Positions 41,101 to 49,862 of a DNA stretch of 64,000 bases are shown here, one piece after another (the first letter of the stretch is position 1; each line of letters begins with the position of its first letter). The notes beneath the pieces are model-generated. The model searched no databases. It was not told the origin of the DNA and saw only the letters and a list, made by a program, of their open reading frames with translations. The DNA comes from Bacteroidota bacterium (GTDB taxonomy: Bacteria > Bacteroidota > Bacteroidia > Bacteroidales > FEN-979): contig JAPLDF010000068.1 of the NCBI GenBank assembly GCA_026391835.1, forward strand, positions 188,101 through 252,100, written 5' to 3'. The position numbers were made by a program, and so were the translations under genes.

Positions 41101-41326
41101 CGGCATATTTTTCGGCTTCATCCTCGGCAATTGACCTTGCCACGAGGAGTTCCTCGTTTTGCAGTTCCAGTTCAATCTGGTTCACCTCAAGTTCATGAAG
41201 AAGTTTGTGCACGCCTGCTTCATCAAGCCGGCCGCCATGTTTCGATACCTTACTTTTCACCAGCGCTTCCGCTTTCCGGCGAAGGTTTGAGGAATCAGTA
41301 TTTTCGTCTTTTTTTGTTGCCTTCAA
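38114..41326 (-). CDS. multi-PAS sensor histidine kinase
   Basis: 1070 aa. It has the N-terminal coiled-coil/PAS cassette, at least five further PAS repeats, H-box ISHDLRAPLR and HATPase G-boxes. It starts 53 nt after the gvpK stop on the same strand. Confidence 0.9.
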   Translation of the reverse strand: MKATKKDENTDSSNLRRKAEALVKSKVSKHGGRLDEAGVHKLLHELEVNQIELELQNEELLVARSIAEDEAEKYAELYDYAPSGYLVLSPSGEILKLNHACARMIGKESSRLTGSTFAFFVSDDTRHLFNDFFQSIFTDMSGATCEVTLEVEDRQPISVHMDGRLSGSGGQCLATMVDITMRKQAEELLRQSEERYARAFQTAPYAVTITRMADGKFIEVNRAFTAITGYTKEEAMNDSSVGLKLWADISDRDKVIAELKAGRDVSGMENLFRKKDGQILTGLVSSQVIQLNNEPFILSSINDITERKKGEQSLWETNAYLENLINYANAPIIVWNPQLCITRFNHAFEFLTGRTEAEVRGKSLKILFPPGFVEHSMALIRHTSTGQRWESVEIRILHRDNSVRIVLWNSATLFAPDGVTPIATIAQGQDITQRKQTEDVLHKSEALYRSILNASPDDITIADLEGNILFTSPKALTMFGYENSEQLFNRNILEFLIPDDYRAAQTEIARMHQGLSSGLGEFHGVKSDGSIFDVEVNTEFIRNAEGKPTSMLFIIRDISHRKQVEEELEKAREKTEESEKRFKEIIQFQAEGIGFTDNNEIFEFANPAAEKIFETGDGELVGTSLFDFLTPGETEKIRQQTQFRKGGLTGAYEIQIVTKKGTEKFLNVSTSPKFDEHRNYLGAYGVFRDITETKQARLQLEKSEERFRQVVEQSHEVVWEVDAAGLYTYVSPLALPVYGYTPDQMVGKLHFYELHPEYQREQFKAAALEMFSRKERFCDFVNLILKPDGTRIFVSTNGIPILDEHGGLLGYLGADSDITERKYAAEQLHELNAELELRVDERTSQLEAANKELDAFSYSISHDLRAPLRHINGFIGLLKELKTGNSPEELQYMDIISKGSSEMSLLIDALLSFSKLNRAELRKTNINNASLVKQVISFFEPETRDRAVSFTIGTVHDSRGDEQLIRQVWVNLISNAIKYTGKKPEAFIEIGSTKQDGKITYFVKDNGAGFDMQFAGRLFGVFKRLHRPGDFEGIGVGLANVNSIVTRHGGYCGATGEVEKGSTFFFTLPA

Positions 41327-41379
41327 AACGTTGGTTTTTCAGCGGTTGTTCTTCTAACTCCGGGAACACCAGGGTGCTG

Positions 41380-41727
41380 TTACATCAGGTCGCCCAGCGG
41401 GCCAAGGTTGATGTTTAAATCCCTGTCGGTCAGGTTAAAATGCTTTTTCATCTCTTCCATTTTCAGTTCCAGTTTCATCAGGGTTTCTCCCAGCCGTTCT
41501 ATTTCGGTATCGGTCAATGTTCCGCCATCGACTCTTCGCATAGCCTGTTTTTCAACAAGTTTTCGGATGAGTTCAACCAGGGTGAGTACCAGTTTTGCCA
41601 ACCCCGAATCGGCATTGTCGGGCGTGAGTTTCAGTTTTGATTTTTCCGGATTGGCGGTAAAATTCCCGATCTCCCCCGAAAGATCATCGAGCGATCCTGT
41701 ATTGAAAAGTATTTTGTTTTCACTCAT
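41380..41727 (-). CDS. gvpK: gas vesicle protein K
   Basis: LAKLVLTLVELIRKLVEKQAMRRVDGGTLTDTEIERLGETLMKLE...LNINLGPLGDLM matches the GvpK consensus pattern. Confidence 0.9.
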   Translation of the reverse strand: MSENKILFNTGSLDDLSGEIGNFTANPEKSKLKLTPDNADSGLAKLVLTLVELIRKLVEKQAMRRVDGGTLTDTEIERLGETLMKLELKMEEMKKHFNLTDRDLNINLGPLGDLM

Positions 41728-41741
41728 TTCGGTATATGCCG

Positions 41742-42500
41742 TTATTTTATATCCAAATCAACAAAATTGTAGGGTGGCCATGGCCCGGTGAGGATAAATC
41801 TCAGCCCGGCGTTCTGGCGTTGCAAATCCTTTACAACCTGGATCAGTTCAGCTTTTTTATCCCTTTCAAGTAAAAAAACCGCATCGATGATCAGGGCCTC
41901 TGATACCATCTTTTTGAAATTGTTCACAGCACCCAGGTGTTCCAGGCGACCGGCGATTTCAGTGATGACAGCATCGACATAGGCCAGCATCGATTCTTCA
42001 AGCCTGTGTTCGGCAAGTTTTTTATCCAGGTAATCGCGGTATACCGAATTTTTGATTTCCGGGGAGGGTTTGAGGTGCATTTTCTCACCGGCCCCGGATT
42101 TCAGCCGCAGTTCCTCCATCAGTTTCCCTGAATCACAAAACACCTTCAGCCCAAACTCATATTTGTTTTCGACCTTCAGCAGGTTCTGTAAAATTTCATG
42201 ACGGTTCCTTTCAAGCATTTTTACGATCGCATCGGCCGAACCCATCAGGGAGCCAAACCTCACGGGAAGCAGGGTGAATTGCTGGGCGAGGGTATCGATC
42301 ACGCCGGCAAAGGTGAGTGCATTGATTTTATCTGCGATGAGGTTTGCACCCTTCACATTGCTGACAACTGTATAAATATCATCATATGAAACTGCAAAAA
42401 GGTCACACCCCACCACACCCTTCATCCCCATCAGCAGGGCGTTTAGCTTGTCGGAGTTGTTTTTTACAGATACTATTGCATAAGACATCATATTCATCAC
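41742..42500 (-). CDS. GvpF/GvpL family gas vesicle protein (paralogue 5)
   Basis: Central LLPVRFGS block and C-terminal TGPWPPYNFV, which is the family signature. Confidence 0.85.
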   Translation of the reverse strand: MMNMMSYAIVSVKNNSDKLNALLMGMKGVVGCDLFAVSYDDIYTVVSNVKGANLIADKINALTFAGVIDTLAQQFTLLPVRFGSLMGSADAIVKMLERNRHEILQNLLKVENKYEFGLKVFCDSGKLMEELRLKSGAGEKMHLKPSPEIKNSVYRDYLDKKLAEHRLEESMLAYVDAVITEIAGRLEHLGAVNNFKKMVSEALIIDAVFLLERDKKAELIQVVKDLQRQNAGLRFILTGPWPPYNFVDLDIK

Positions 42501-42730
42501 TGCATGGCCTGATTAACCTGTTTGTTCTTTCCCGCGATTGACTGCCCCGACTTCAATTGTTCCATGGTTTCAACAGAACTTAACATCAGCTTTAGTCCCA
42601 GGTATACAAGGTCGACATCAGCGACTGAAATGACAACATCGCCTGTTATGATGACCCCCTTGTTGAGCACCCGGTCGAGTAATTCAAGAATGGTAATTTC
42701 CTTTGACCGGTCAATTTCATTGTCGTACAT
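42497..42730 (-). CDS. GvpA-family minor protein (GvpJ/M/S-like)
   Basis: 77 aa. ITILELLDRVLNKGVIITGDVVISVADVDLVYLGLKLMLSSVETM is a GvpA-fold core. Confidence 0.8.
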   Translation of the reverse strand: MYDNEIDRSKEITILELLDRVLNKGVIITGDVVISVADVDLVYLGLKLMLSSVETMEQLKSGQSIAGKNKQVNQAMQ

Positions 42731-43524
42731 TATTGTTTTTCTTTTATTGAGATAAAGCTGAATGGTGGCCAGGGACCCGTTGCCTCAACAGAAATTCCGG
42801 TATTCCGGCCTTTGCTGCGCAGGGCATCAGCAACACTGCAGAAACCAGCCACCCTGCTTTTATCAACCAGGAAAGTGGCATTGAGGATCATCGTATCTTC
42901 CCTGCCCGTAAACTCTTTCGGGATCAGGTTGCTGATCTTTGTTGATTCGCTCAGGTTTTTAAATTCCACAAAATATTCATGCCCGTATCTCTTGCAAAGC
43001 CGGTCAATCTCATTTTCGATCAGTTCGTTTTTTTTCCGGCCCAGCAGGAATGCTTTTCCCGGCGAACTTGCCCTGATCTGCACTTCCATTGCAGCAGCTT
43101 CCGCGCTCAGTTCGTCAATTTTTTCGTTCAGCGCCTTGCGATCGCAGTAAATTTTAACCGACCATTCCTCTTTGCCCCTGATATTCAGGAAGTTTTCGGC
43201 CAGGGAGGCTGAGTAATCCGCAACGAATTGTTTCAGGCTGGCCTCCGTCTGATAGATCGTACCAAATTTAAAAGGGATGACCGCGCCCTGCTCCATGACC
43301 ATCAGGATTACCTCGATGTGTTCCCTGGCATTTTTTTCTAGCCACTGAATATCCGATACATTTTGCCTGAAATTCGCTTCAGAGAAACCATCTTCAGAAA
43401 CCAGTTTTACGATCACGGTAAAACCACCCGACACGACAAATTTCACCCCCCTGGCTTCAAACCTGCCGGTTTCCCGGGGGAGCGCCTCAGCAATGCAGTA
43501 CACATATATCAGGTTGCCTGTCAT
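42730..43524 (-). CDS. GvpF/GvpL family gas vesicle protein (paralogue 4)
   Basis: N-terminal LIYVYCIAE, central VIPFKFGT and C-terminal TGPWPPFSF. Confidence 0.85.
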   Translation of the reverse strand: MTGNLIYVYCIAEALPRETGRFEARGVKFVVSGGFTVIVKLVSEDGFSEANFRQNVSDIQWLEKNAREHIEVILMVMEQGAVIPFKFGTIYQTEASLKQFVADYSASLAENFLNIRGKEEWSVKIYCDRKALNEKIDELSAEAAAMEVQIRASSPGKAFLLGRKKNELIENEIDRLCKRYGHEYFVEFKNLSESTKISNLIPKEFTGREDTMILNATFLVDKSRVAGFCSVADALRSKGRNTGISVEATGPWPPFSFISIKEKQ

Positions 43525-43808
43525 GACTGTGAAGTGCTATCCATGCCCTCGAAGGAGTTAAGCCGTTCAAAAGAGGTGATCTCAAGCTGCTCATCCATTT
43601 TAACCATATAAAACAGCCTGACCTGTTTCGGTGGAAGGTTCATTGATTTCAAAAAGGAGTCGTTCTCATATACCTCCGCAATGGAATTCCAGCTTTCCTG
43701 TACTTTTTCAATCTTTATGACCGTTACATCATAACAGTTAATGTTCTCTTTCAGAAACTTAACCACTGTTTTCTTAACGTCAATAATATTTCCCATCGGT
43801 TCCTCCAA
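43521..43808 (-). CDS. putative GvpO-like gas vesicle accessory protein
   Basis: 95 aa. The pattern W..IAEVYE...YMVKMDEQLEITSFER resembles the W..VVEV.ER...YE..LD core that I recall for GvpO. The call is supported by position in the cluster only. Confidence 0.4.
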   Translation of the reverse strand: MEEPMGNIIDVKKTVVKFLKENINCYDVTVIKIEKVQESWNSIAEVYENDSFLKSMNLPPKQVRLFYMVKMDEQLEITSFERLNSFEGMDSTSQS

Positions 43809-43826
43809 TTGTTTCCCAGTTTGTTA

Positions 43827-44063
43827 TTACCTGTTTTGTTTTTCTTCCCTGATTTGTTCCAGCAATTTCAACAATTCATCTTCCCGCCTGTCGTACTCCT
43901 CCTCGTCGATTTCGTCCATTTCAAACTTTAACTGCAAGCCCATCAGCCGTTCCTTGATGGCTCCTTCATCCGACATTTCCCGGTCGATCACCTCATTTAT
44001 CTTCTTCCCGATAAAAATTACGCCTTTCAGCGGTGCCAGAAGGATATCATCGATTAAAAACAT
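43827..44063 (-). CDS. gvpG: gas vesicle protein G
   Basis: MFLIDDILLAPLKGVIFIGKKINEVIDRE...EEYDRREDELLKLLEQI is the typical GvpG pattern. The start was chosen at ATG 44063. The ORF track starts at 44090. Confidence 0.8.
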   Translation of the reverse strand: MFLIDDILLAPLKGVIFIGKKINEVIDREMSDEGAIKERLMGLQLKFEMDEIDEEEYDRREDELLKLLEQIREEKQNR

Positions 44064-44064
44064 G

Positions 44065-44847
44065 CTACACTCCTTTTGTTTTGATGACAAGGTTCACAAA
44101 ATTATACGGAGGCAGGGTGCCTACGTATTTGAAGGTCATTAATGCCCCGTATTTTTCGTCGAGGTCGTTTACCGCCTTGTCGAAATCAGGTTCCGAAATG
44201 TTTTTAATCAGGAAGGCCGCATTGATGATCATCATCTCGCCATAGTTCTCGTTTATTTTCGTGTCGTCGCAAAGCGGGGTGAGAACATCGAGGATTGTTT
44301 TTTTATAATTCTCCGTCTCCTTTTTCAATGCTTCGGCCACCATTTCGCCGATTTTCATACGCTGGTAATGTGTTTTATCGACCGGCAGGTTCATCAGCTT
44401 TCCACGCATCGTCCTTATTTCATCATATTTTTCAACAATACTTTCATACATGGGCGCTTCGTGGGCAAGTACCTTGAGCCCCAGCTCTTTTTTCCCGTCC
44501 ATTTTATTCAGCAGGTCGTCGAATTTCCTGTACTCCTGTTCAAGGATCTTCAGGAGCCCTGAATCATCGCTGTATTCGGAGATGGTTGAAAACCTCACCG
44601 GGAGTACCGTGAACTGCCTCATCACCTCCTCGAGTACTTTTTCATGGGTGGTCATGTTTATTCTCCGGGCTTCATACTGGATGACCGGCGAATTGCTGAC
44701 GATGGCGCTGATATCCCTGTAATTGATACCGTATACCGCATCGGCGCGTTTTCCGATGCCGATAGGGCCGAATTCAATCGGGCCTGCATGCCTGATGATC
44801 CCGTAAATGTACTTTCCCTCCTTTGGTATTTCCTGTTCGCTGCTCAT
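44065..44847 (-). CDS. GvpF/GvpL family gas vesicle protein (paralogue 3)
   Basis: GKYIYGIIRH...ISAIVSNSP...VLPVRFST...GTLPPYNFV. Confidence 0.85.
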   Translation of the reverse strand: MSSEQEIPKEGKYIYGIIRHAGPIEFGPIGIGKRADAVYGINYRDISAIVSNSPVIQYEARRINMTTHEKVLEEVMRQFTVLPVRFSTISEYSDDSGLLKILEQEYRKFDDLLNKMDGKKELGLKVLAHEAPMYESIVEKYDEIRTMRGKLMNLPVDKTHYQRMKIGEMVAEALKKETENYKKTILDVLTPLCDDTKINENYGEMMIINAAFLIKNISEPDFDKAVNDLDEKYGALMTFKYVGTLPPYNFVNLVIKTKGV

Positions 44848-44870
44848 AAAGACTGTTCAAAAAGTTTATT

Positions 44871-45644
44871 TTACAATTCCCATTTTTCGGGAAATATTTT
44901 CAGGTCGATAAAGTTAAAAATCGGGAGGGGGGCCGTATAAACAAAGTCGCACCGGTCCTGGTACCGGGCACCAATGGTGGCCATGATGTTGTCAAATTCG
45001 ACCTCCCTGCCGCTGTTTACAAGGAATGCAGTATTCATAAACACGGCATCGCTGCCTGTCTTGTTGTGTTTAAACTCGAATACGGATTTCCTGAAAGCAT
45101 CGGTTATTTTTTCAGTTTCTTCCTCTTTCATTGCTATAAGGGCACGTTCGACCAGTTTCCCGGCCTCATCGATCTTCAGGTTCCGCTCTTTCGAATCTGC
45201 CAGTTTATTTATTTCCGCCCTGAGTTTTTGAAGTTCCACATGCTCCCTGTCGATTTCGTTATAGATGATTCCCATATTTTTCCAGGTTCCCCGCACATTG
45301 AGTTCAACCTTGTTTTCAAACTGTCTCAGCAGCTCCATAAACTCGCTGTACCTGCGGTTGAGCAGGTTCCTGATTTCGTCGGGGGTTGCGGCGATGGTGC
45401 CGAACCTGATGGGAAGTATGCTCCTGAATTCCTTCATCACCTCTTCGATCACCTTCTGATGCGCCAGCATGTTTTCGGGATTGACAACAAACCGGCTCAG
45501 CGGGTGATCGCTGACGACCATACACAATCCGTCGAAACCTATGGTGGACACCAGGTCGCCGCGTCCGCCTACCCCGATCGGGCCCAGGTTGATGTCGTAA
45601 TCCGACGCAATGATGCAATAGATGTATTTTCCGTCGCGCTGCAT
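44871..45644 (-). CDS. GvpF/GvpL family gas vesicle protein (paralogue 2)
   Basis: GKYIYCIIAS...LCMVVSDHP...ILPIRFGT...APLPIFNFI. Confidence 0.85.
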   Translation of the reverse strand: MQRDGKYIYCIIASDYDINLGPIGVGGRGDLVSTIGFDGLCMVVSDHPLSRFVVNPENMLAHQKVIEEVMKEFRSILPIRFGTIAATPDEIRNLLNRRYSEFMELLRQFENKVELNVRGTWKNMGIIYNEIDREHVELQKLRAEINKLADSKERNLKIDEAGKLVERALIAMKEEETEKITDAFRKSVFEFKHNKTGSDAVFMNTAFLVNSGREVEFDNIMATIGARYQDRCDFVYTAPLPIFNFIDLKIFPEKWEL

Positions 45645-45645
45645 A

Positions 45646-46686
45646 CTACTCCTTAATTTTTACTAAAATCAAATTCCCGGCCACGTCTTCCTTTGCCAGG
45701 GATATCAGGTCCTCTTTGACAGACTGCCTTACCGATGCCGAATAATCAAGCAGGGAGTGGTAGGCATCAATGATCATGTTAAAGTTTTCGACATCATCGG
45801 AATTGAGGTTGTTGTCGGGATGGAACAACTTTGCCCTTTCGAGGTATGCCTTTTTTATCTCCTGCTCGGTAATCCTTTCCTTTACGCCCAGGGCCCTCCT
45901 TGCCTGGTCAACCCTCCTGGCATTCAGTTCAATAACTTCAAGTGTAAAAAAACTGTAACAGGGTAGCGGGCCTACCAGCTTGAAATTCAACGTTCCCCGG
46001 TATTCTTCATCCAGCAGGTCAATGGCATGCTCGAACTTTTCCTTCTTGTTGCGGTTTATTAAAAATGCCGCATTGACCACCATCTCGTCGTTCATCACTT
46101 CATGCATTTTGATATCAAGTCCATATGGCGATAAGGCATCCAGTATTTTCAGTTCAACGTCTTTATTTTTCGCCTCAACAATATCCTTGATCAGCATCCC
46201 CACTTTCACCTGGTCTACTTTTGTGACGTTGCCGTTTTTTTGTAAAATTTCGGCCTTCATGGCACGGATGTCCGGAAGGGAAGAAATGGCTCCCAGTATC
46301 CCCGGGAAATCCGCCCAGGTTATGACCAGGTCGATTTCCGTCAGGTACTCGATTTTCTTCAGGGCATCAATGATCAGGTCATGGCCGCATGTAAGGACCT
46401 TCAGCACCTCATCTATTGAGTTTACGATCGTGCCAAGCCGCATGGGGAGGATCATGGTGAATCCTTTACCCTGCAACTCTTCTATGATCTCCTGGTGATG
46501 AACCAGCAGGTATCCCAGGGATTCCCGGTCGGAATAGTTGACCTGCGTTCCATCCCTGTCGGAAACAATCGCCGATATGTTTTGAAAAGTGATGGCGTAA
46601 ACCCCCGAATTTTCAAGTGATTGAAAGTGGGTTGTCCCGTAAAAATTCGGCACGATCCCATAGATGTAAATTCCTTTTGCAGCCAT
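45646..46686 (-). CDS. GvpF/GvpL family protein fused to a C-terminal DnaJ J-domain (paralogue 1)
   Basis: Residues 1-250 are GvpF/L-like (IYIYGIVPN...ISAIVSDRD...ILPMRLGT...GPLPCYSF). Residues about 258-314 read ALGVKERITEQEIKKAYLERAKLFHPDNNLNSDDVENFNMIIDAYHSLLD, with an HPD motif at 289-291. Confidence 0.85.
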   Translation of the reverse strand: MAAKGIYIYGIVPNFYGTTHFQSLENSGVYAITFQNISAIVSDRDGTQVNYSDRESLGYLLVHHQEIIEELQGKGFTMILPMRLGTIVNSIDEVLKVLTCGHDLIIDALKKIEYLTEIDLVITWADFPGILGAISSLPDIRAMKAEILQKNGNVTKVDQVKVGMLIKDIVEAKNKDVELKILDALSPYGLDIKMHEVMNDEMVVNAAFLINRNKKEKFEHAIDLLDEEYRGTLNFKLVGPLPCYSFFTLEVIELNARRVDQARRALGVKERITEQEIKKAYLERAKLFHPDNNLNSDDVENFNMIIDAYHSLLDYSASVRQSVKEDLISLAKEDVAGNLILVKIKE

Positions 46687-46736
46687 AATCTATTATCTTA
46701 ATTGGTTGTTTTCAGTCCGCTTGTCCGCCCGTCCCT

Positions 46737-48896
46737 TCATTTCTTCACCGAATTTTGTTGAATTACAAGTTGTATCGCCTCTTCAAAATGTGCTTCCAGG
46801 ATGGAAATTTCTCCTGTAATTTCATCCTGGTTGTTGCGGTTTTTCTCTATAAGTTCCCTGATAGCGAGCATGGCCGCTTTCCGGCAGATGAATTCAATAT
46901 CCGAGCCGGTGAGCCCGTCGGTTTTAAGCGCCAGTTTTTTGATGCTGACCTTTTTCCCGAGGGGTTTGTTCCGGGTATGAATCGTGAATATTTTCTCCCT
47001 GGTGTTAACATCGGGCAGGGGCAATTCAAAAATCAGGTCGAACCGTCCGCTTCGCAGCAGGGCCGGGTCGATCAGGTCGATGCGGTTTGTTGCTGCGAGT
47101 ACAATGACTCCTTTCAGGTCTTCGATGCCGTCCATTTCGGTAAGAAACTGGCCAATGACCCTTTCGATGACCCCGGATCCTGAACTGTCGCTGCTGCGCC
47201 TGGGTGTAAGGCTGTCAATTTCATCAAGGAACAGGATGCACGGCGATGCCTGTTTTGCCATCCGGAAGAGTTCCCTGACACCTTTTTCCGACTCGCCGAT
47301 ATACCGGCTCAGGATTTGCGGCCCTTTTACTGAGATGAAATTGACACCGCTTTCGCTTGCCAGCGCTTTTGCCAGGTAGGTTTTGCCGGTTCCCGGCTTG
47401 CCGTGGAGGATGATCCCCTTGGGCGGTTTGGTATCGGCTTTTTTAAACAGTTCTGCATATTTCAGGGGCCATTCCACTGTTTCTTTCAATGCGTCCTTAA
47501 TTTCCTCAAGTCCGCCCACATCGTCCCATTTCACATCGGGAACCTCAACGAAAACCTCACGGATGGCCGAGGGTTCCACCTCCTTCATGGCATCCATGAA
47601 ATTGTCCATGGTCACCTCGAGCGACATTAAAAGTTCGTAGGGAATTTCGGCCATTTCGAAATCGATCTGCGGGAGTATTTTCCTGAGGGCGGTCATGGCG
47701 GCTTCCCGCGCCAATGCTTCAAGATCGGCGCCCACAAAGCCATGCGTGATCTCCGCCAGCTTTTCCATATCCACGTCCATCGACAGGGGAATTCCCCGCG
47801 TATGGATGTGCAGGATCTCAAGCCTTCCTTTTTTGTCGGGAATGGAGATGGAAATTTCCCGGTCGAACCGTCCCGGCCTTCTCAATGCAGGATCAATGGA
47901 ATTGGGAATGTTGGTCGCACCGATCACGATCACCTTACCCCTCGATTCCAGCCCATCCATGAGCGACAACAGCTGGGCTACCACACGTTTTTCAACCTGC
48001 TTTTCGCCGCCCATGTCCTCACGCTTGGGGGCAATGGCATCGATTTCGTCGATAAAAATGATGGAAGGAGCATGGGCCTGGGCTTCCTCAAAGAGTTTCC
48101 GGATACGCCCTTCGCTCTCACCGTAAAACTTCCCCATGATCTCGGGGCCGGAGATGTTTATAAAATAGGCATCCGTTTCATGGGCCACAGCCCTGACGAT
48201 GAGGGTTTTGCCGGTTCCCGGGGGGCCGTAGAGAAAAACCCCTTTGGGTGGCTGGACCCCGAGCCGCTCGAAGATTTCGGGATATTTCAGCGGAAGTTCG
48301 ATCATCTCCCTGATCCGCTGAACCTGGTTTCCAAGACCACCGATATCTTCGTACGAAACCTTGCTTTTGCGCTCTCCCTCCTGTTTTGCCAGTTCGAGCT
48401 GGAAAACTGTGTTCGGGTGTATCAGGACCACTCCTTCAGGGTTGACACCTGTTACGGTATAATCCACCGAACGGGAGCCAAACAGGTTGGCCCTCACCTT
48501 GTCGCCTTTTATCACCGGCAAGCCGTTGAACAGCGAACCAATGTATTTACCGTCGTCGCTTTTAAACAGCGAACCGGACTTGGTGTCGGGTTTGAGTTTT
48601 ATTTTTGCAGCCTGGCGGAAGGAGGTCTTCACGACCTTCACTTTTTCATCGATCCCGGCCTGGGCATTTTCCCTGGTAATGCCGTCAATCTGAATCAGGT
48701 TCTTGTCCCTGTCTTCGGGATAGCAGGGCATGATCTTGACCGGGGTGGCCCGTTTGCCTTCGATCACCACCAGGTCGCCACTTTCGAGGCCGAGCAGTTT
48801 CATGTCTTTCGGATCCATCCGGGCAATCGCCCTTCCCACATCTTTCACCAGGGCTTCTTTTACCCGCAGTACTATTTCTTCCTTGATTTTGGCCAT
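46737..48896 (-). CDS. Cdc48/VCP-like double-ring AAA+ ATPase
   Basis: 719 aa. Cdc48-N-like domain ([38 protein letters not shown]). D1 Walker A GPPGTGKT with Walker [10 protein letters not shown]2 Walker A GKPGTGKT with Walker B ILFLDEID. Confidence 0.9.
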   Translation of the reverse strand: MAKIKEEIVLRVKEALVKDVGRAIARMDPKDMKLLGLESGDLVVIEGKRATPVKIMPCYPEDRDKNLIQIDGITRENAQAGIDEKVKVVKTSFRQAAKIKLKPDTKSGSLFKSDDGKYIGSLFNGLPVIKGDKVRANLFGSRSVDYTVTGVNPEGVVLIHPNTVFQLELAKQEGERKSKVSYEDIGGLGNQVQRIREMIELPLKYPEIFERLGVQPPKGVFLYGPPGTGKTLIVRAVAHETDAYFINISGPEIMGKFYGESEGRIRKLFEEAQAHAPSIIFIDEIDAIAPKREDMGGEKQVEKRVVAQLLSLMDGLESRGKVIVIGATNIPNSIDPALRRPGRFDREISISIPDKKGRLEILHIHTRGIPLSMDVDMEKLAEITHGFVGADLEALAREAAMTALRKILPQIDFEMAEIPYELLMSLEVTMDNFMDAMKEVEPSAIREVFVEVPDVKWDDVGGLEEIKDALKETVEWPLKYAELFKKADTKPPKGIILHGKPGTGKTYLAKALASESGVNFISVKGPQILSRYIGESEKGVRELFRMAKQASPCILFLDEIDSLTPRRSSDSSGSGVIERVIGQFLTEMDGIEDLKGVIVLAATNRIDLIDPALLRSGRFDLIFELPLPDVNTREKIFTIHTRNKPLGKKVSIKKLALKTDGLTGSDIEFICRKAAMLAIRELIEKNRNNQDEITGEISILEAHFEEAIQLVIQQNSVKK

Positions 48897-48913
48897 GGTT
48901 ATATTTTTTTCCG

Positions 48914-49858
48914 CTACGACAACTCGTTAAAAAGACACCTCTTCAATTCATTCAGTGCATTCAATCCTTTGATCTCTTCAGGGAACCTGGGCACCTCCAC
49001 TTTGTTCAGGGAGCCGAAGGTTTCGCCTATTTCAGTTAAATACGGCAACTGGCCGGCTTTGCTACGCCTGCAGAAATCACATCCGTCGGAAACCATGACA
49101 TTGTTCACAATGATCTGCCTGGCAATTATTTCAGAATTGGCAAGGATCGACAGCAGCCTACCTGTTTCCATGATCGCCATCGCTTCGGGTATGCAAACCG
49201 GGATAAATTCACACCTTGTGCCGTCGCGTAAAATGTTTTCGATCCTTTTCACCGTTTTCTTCAAGCTGAGCAACAGCACATCCACCTCGTCCGGCTGGTA
49301 GGACCCGGAAAAGCTGGTGATCATGTACCGGTATTTCCAGCGCATCCTTGCCGCGACCTTGATCCACTCGTCCAGCAATTTCGGGGAGGAAATCAGCCGC
49401 AATGCATGACCGGTGGGCGCAGTATCCACAACATATTTGTCGTACTCCCCTTCCTCTATAAAATCGATGATGGTTTTGAAGCTCATCACCTCGTCAATCC
49501 CGGGAATCGAGAGGGAAAGCATCTCTTCGATATCCTGGTTATCAAGATTTGTAGATGTTTCGAACAGCTTTTTCAGTTCTGCCTGGTACCCGGTGATGAA
49601 CTCCGAAAGCGCCTCATCTGCAACCACTTCAATGGCAGAGAGGTTGTCGGTACCGTCAACCTTTACCACGTTAAAACCAATTTGCTGTTCGAGTCCGTCC
49701 GACAGCGAATGGGCCGGATCGGTGGAAATGAGAAGTGTTTTATAATTTCCGGCCAGCGCCAGGGATGTGGCAATGGCACAACTGGTTTTTCCAACACCGC
49801 CTTTTCCGCCGAAAATAATAAGTTCCAGGTCGCTGTTTTCCAAGCCAGTCAGTGCCAT
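48914..49858 (-). CDS. ArsA/Get3-family P-loop ATPase
   Basis: Deviant Walker [11 protein letters not shown], the family motif [10 protein letters not shown] and [11 protein letters not shown]. Confidence 0.85.
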   Translation of the reverse strand: MALTGLENSDLELIIFGGKGGVGKTSCAIATSLALAGNYKTLLISTDPAHSLSDGLEQQIGFNVVKVDGTDNLSAIEVVADEALSEFITGYQAELKKLFETSTNLDNQDIEEMLSLSIPGIDEVMSFKTIIDFIEEGEYDKYVVDTAPTGHALRLISSPKLLDEWIKVAARMRWKYRYMITSFSGSYQPDEVDVLLLSLKKTVKRIENILRDGTRCEFIPVCIPEAMAIMETGRLLSILANSEIIARQIIVNNVMVSDGCDFCRRSKAGQLPYLTEIGETFGSLNKVEVPRFPEEIKGLNALNELKRCLFNELS

Positions 49859-49862
49859 TACG

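Noticed and set aside
47742-49301. 519-aa plus-strand ORF. Similar long antisense ORFs occur at 28287-29621, 24814-25650, 20389-21213, 14614-15396 and 49767-50408.
   Set aside because: Each lies entirely opposite a strongly supported gene (cdc48-like, GH38, carB, nhaD-like, guaB, hsp20/arsA-like). Their translations are low-complexity or Arg/Gly/His-rich with no recognisable motifs. They are shadow ORFs.
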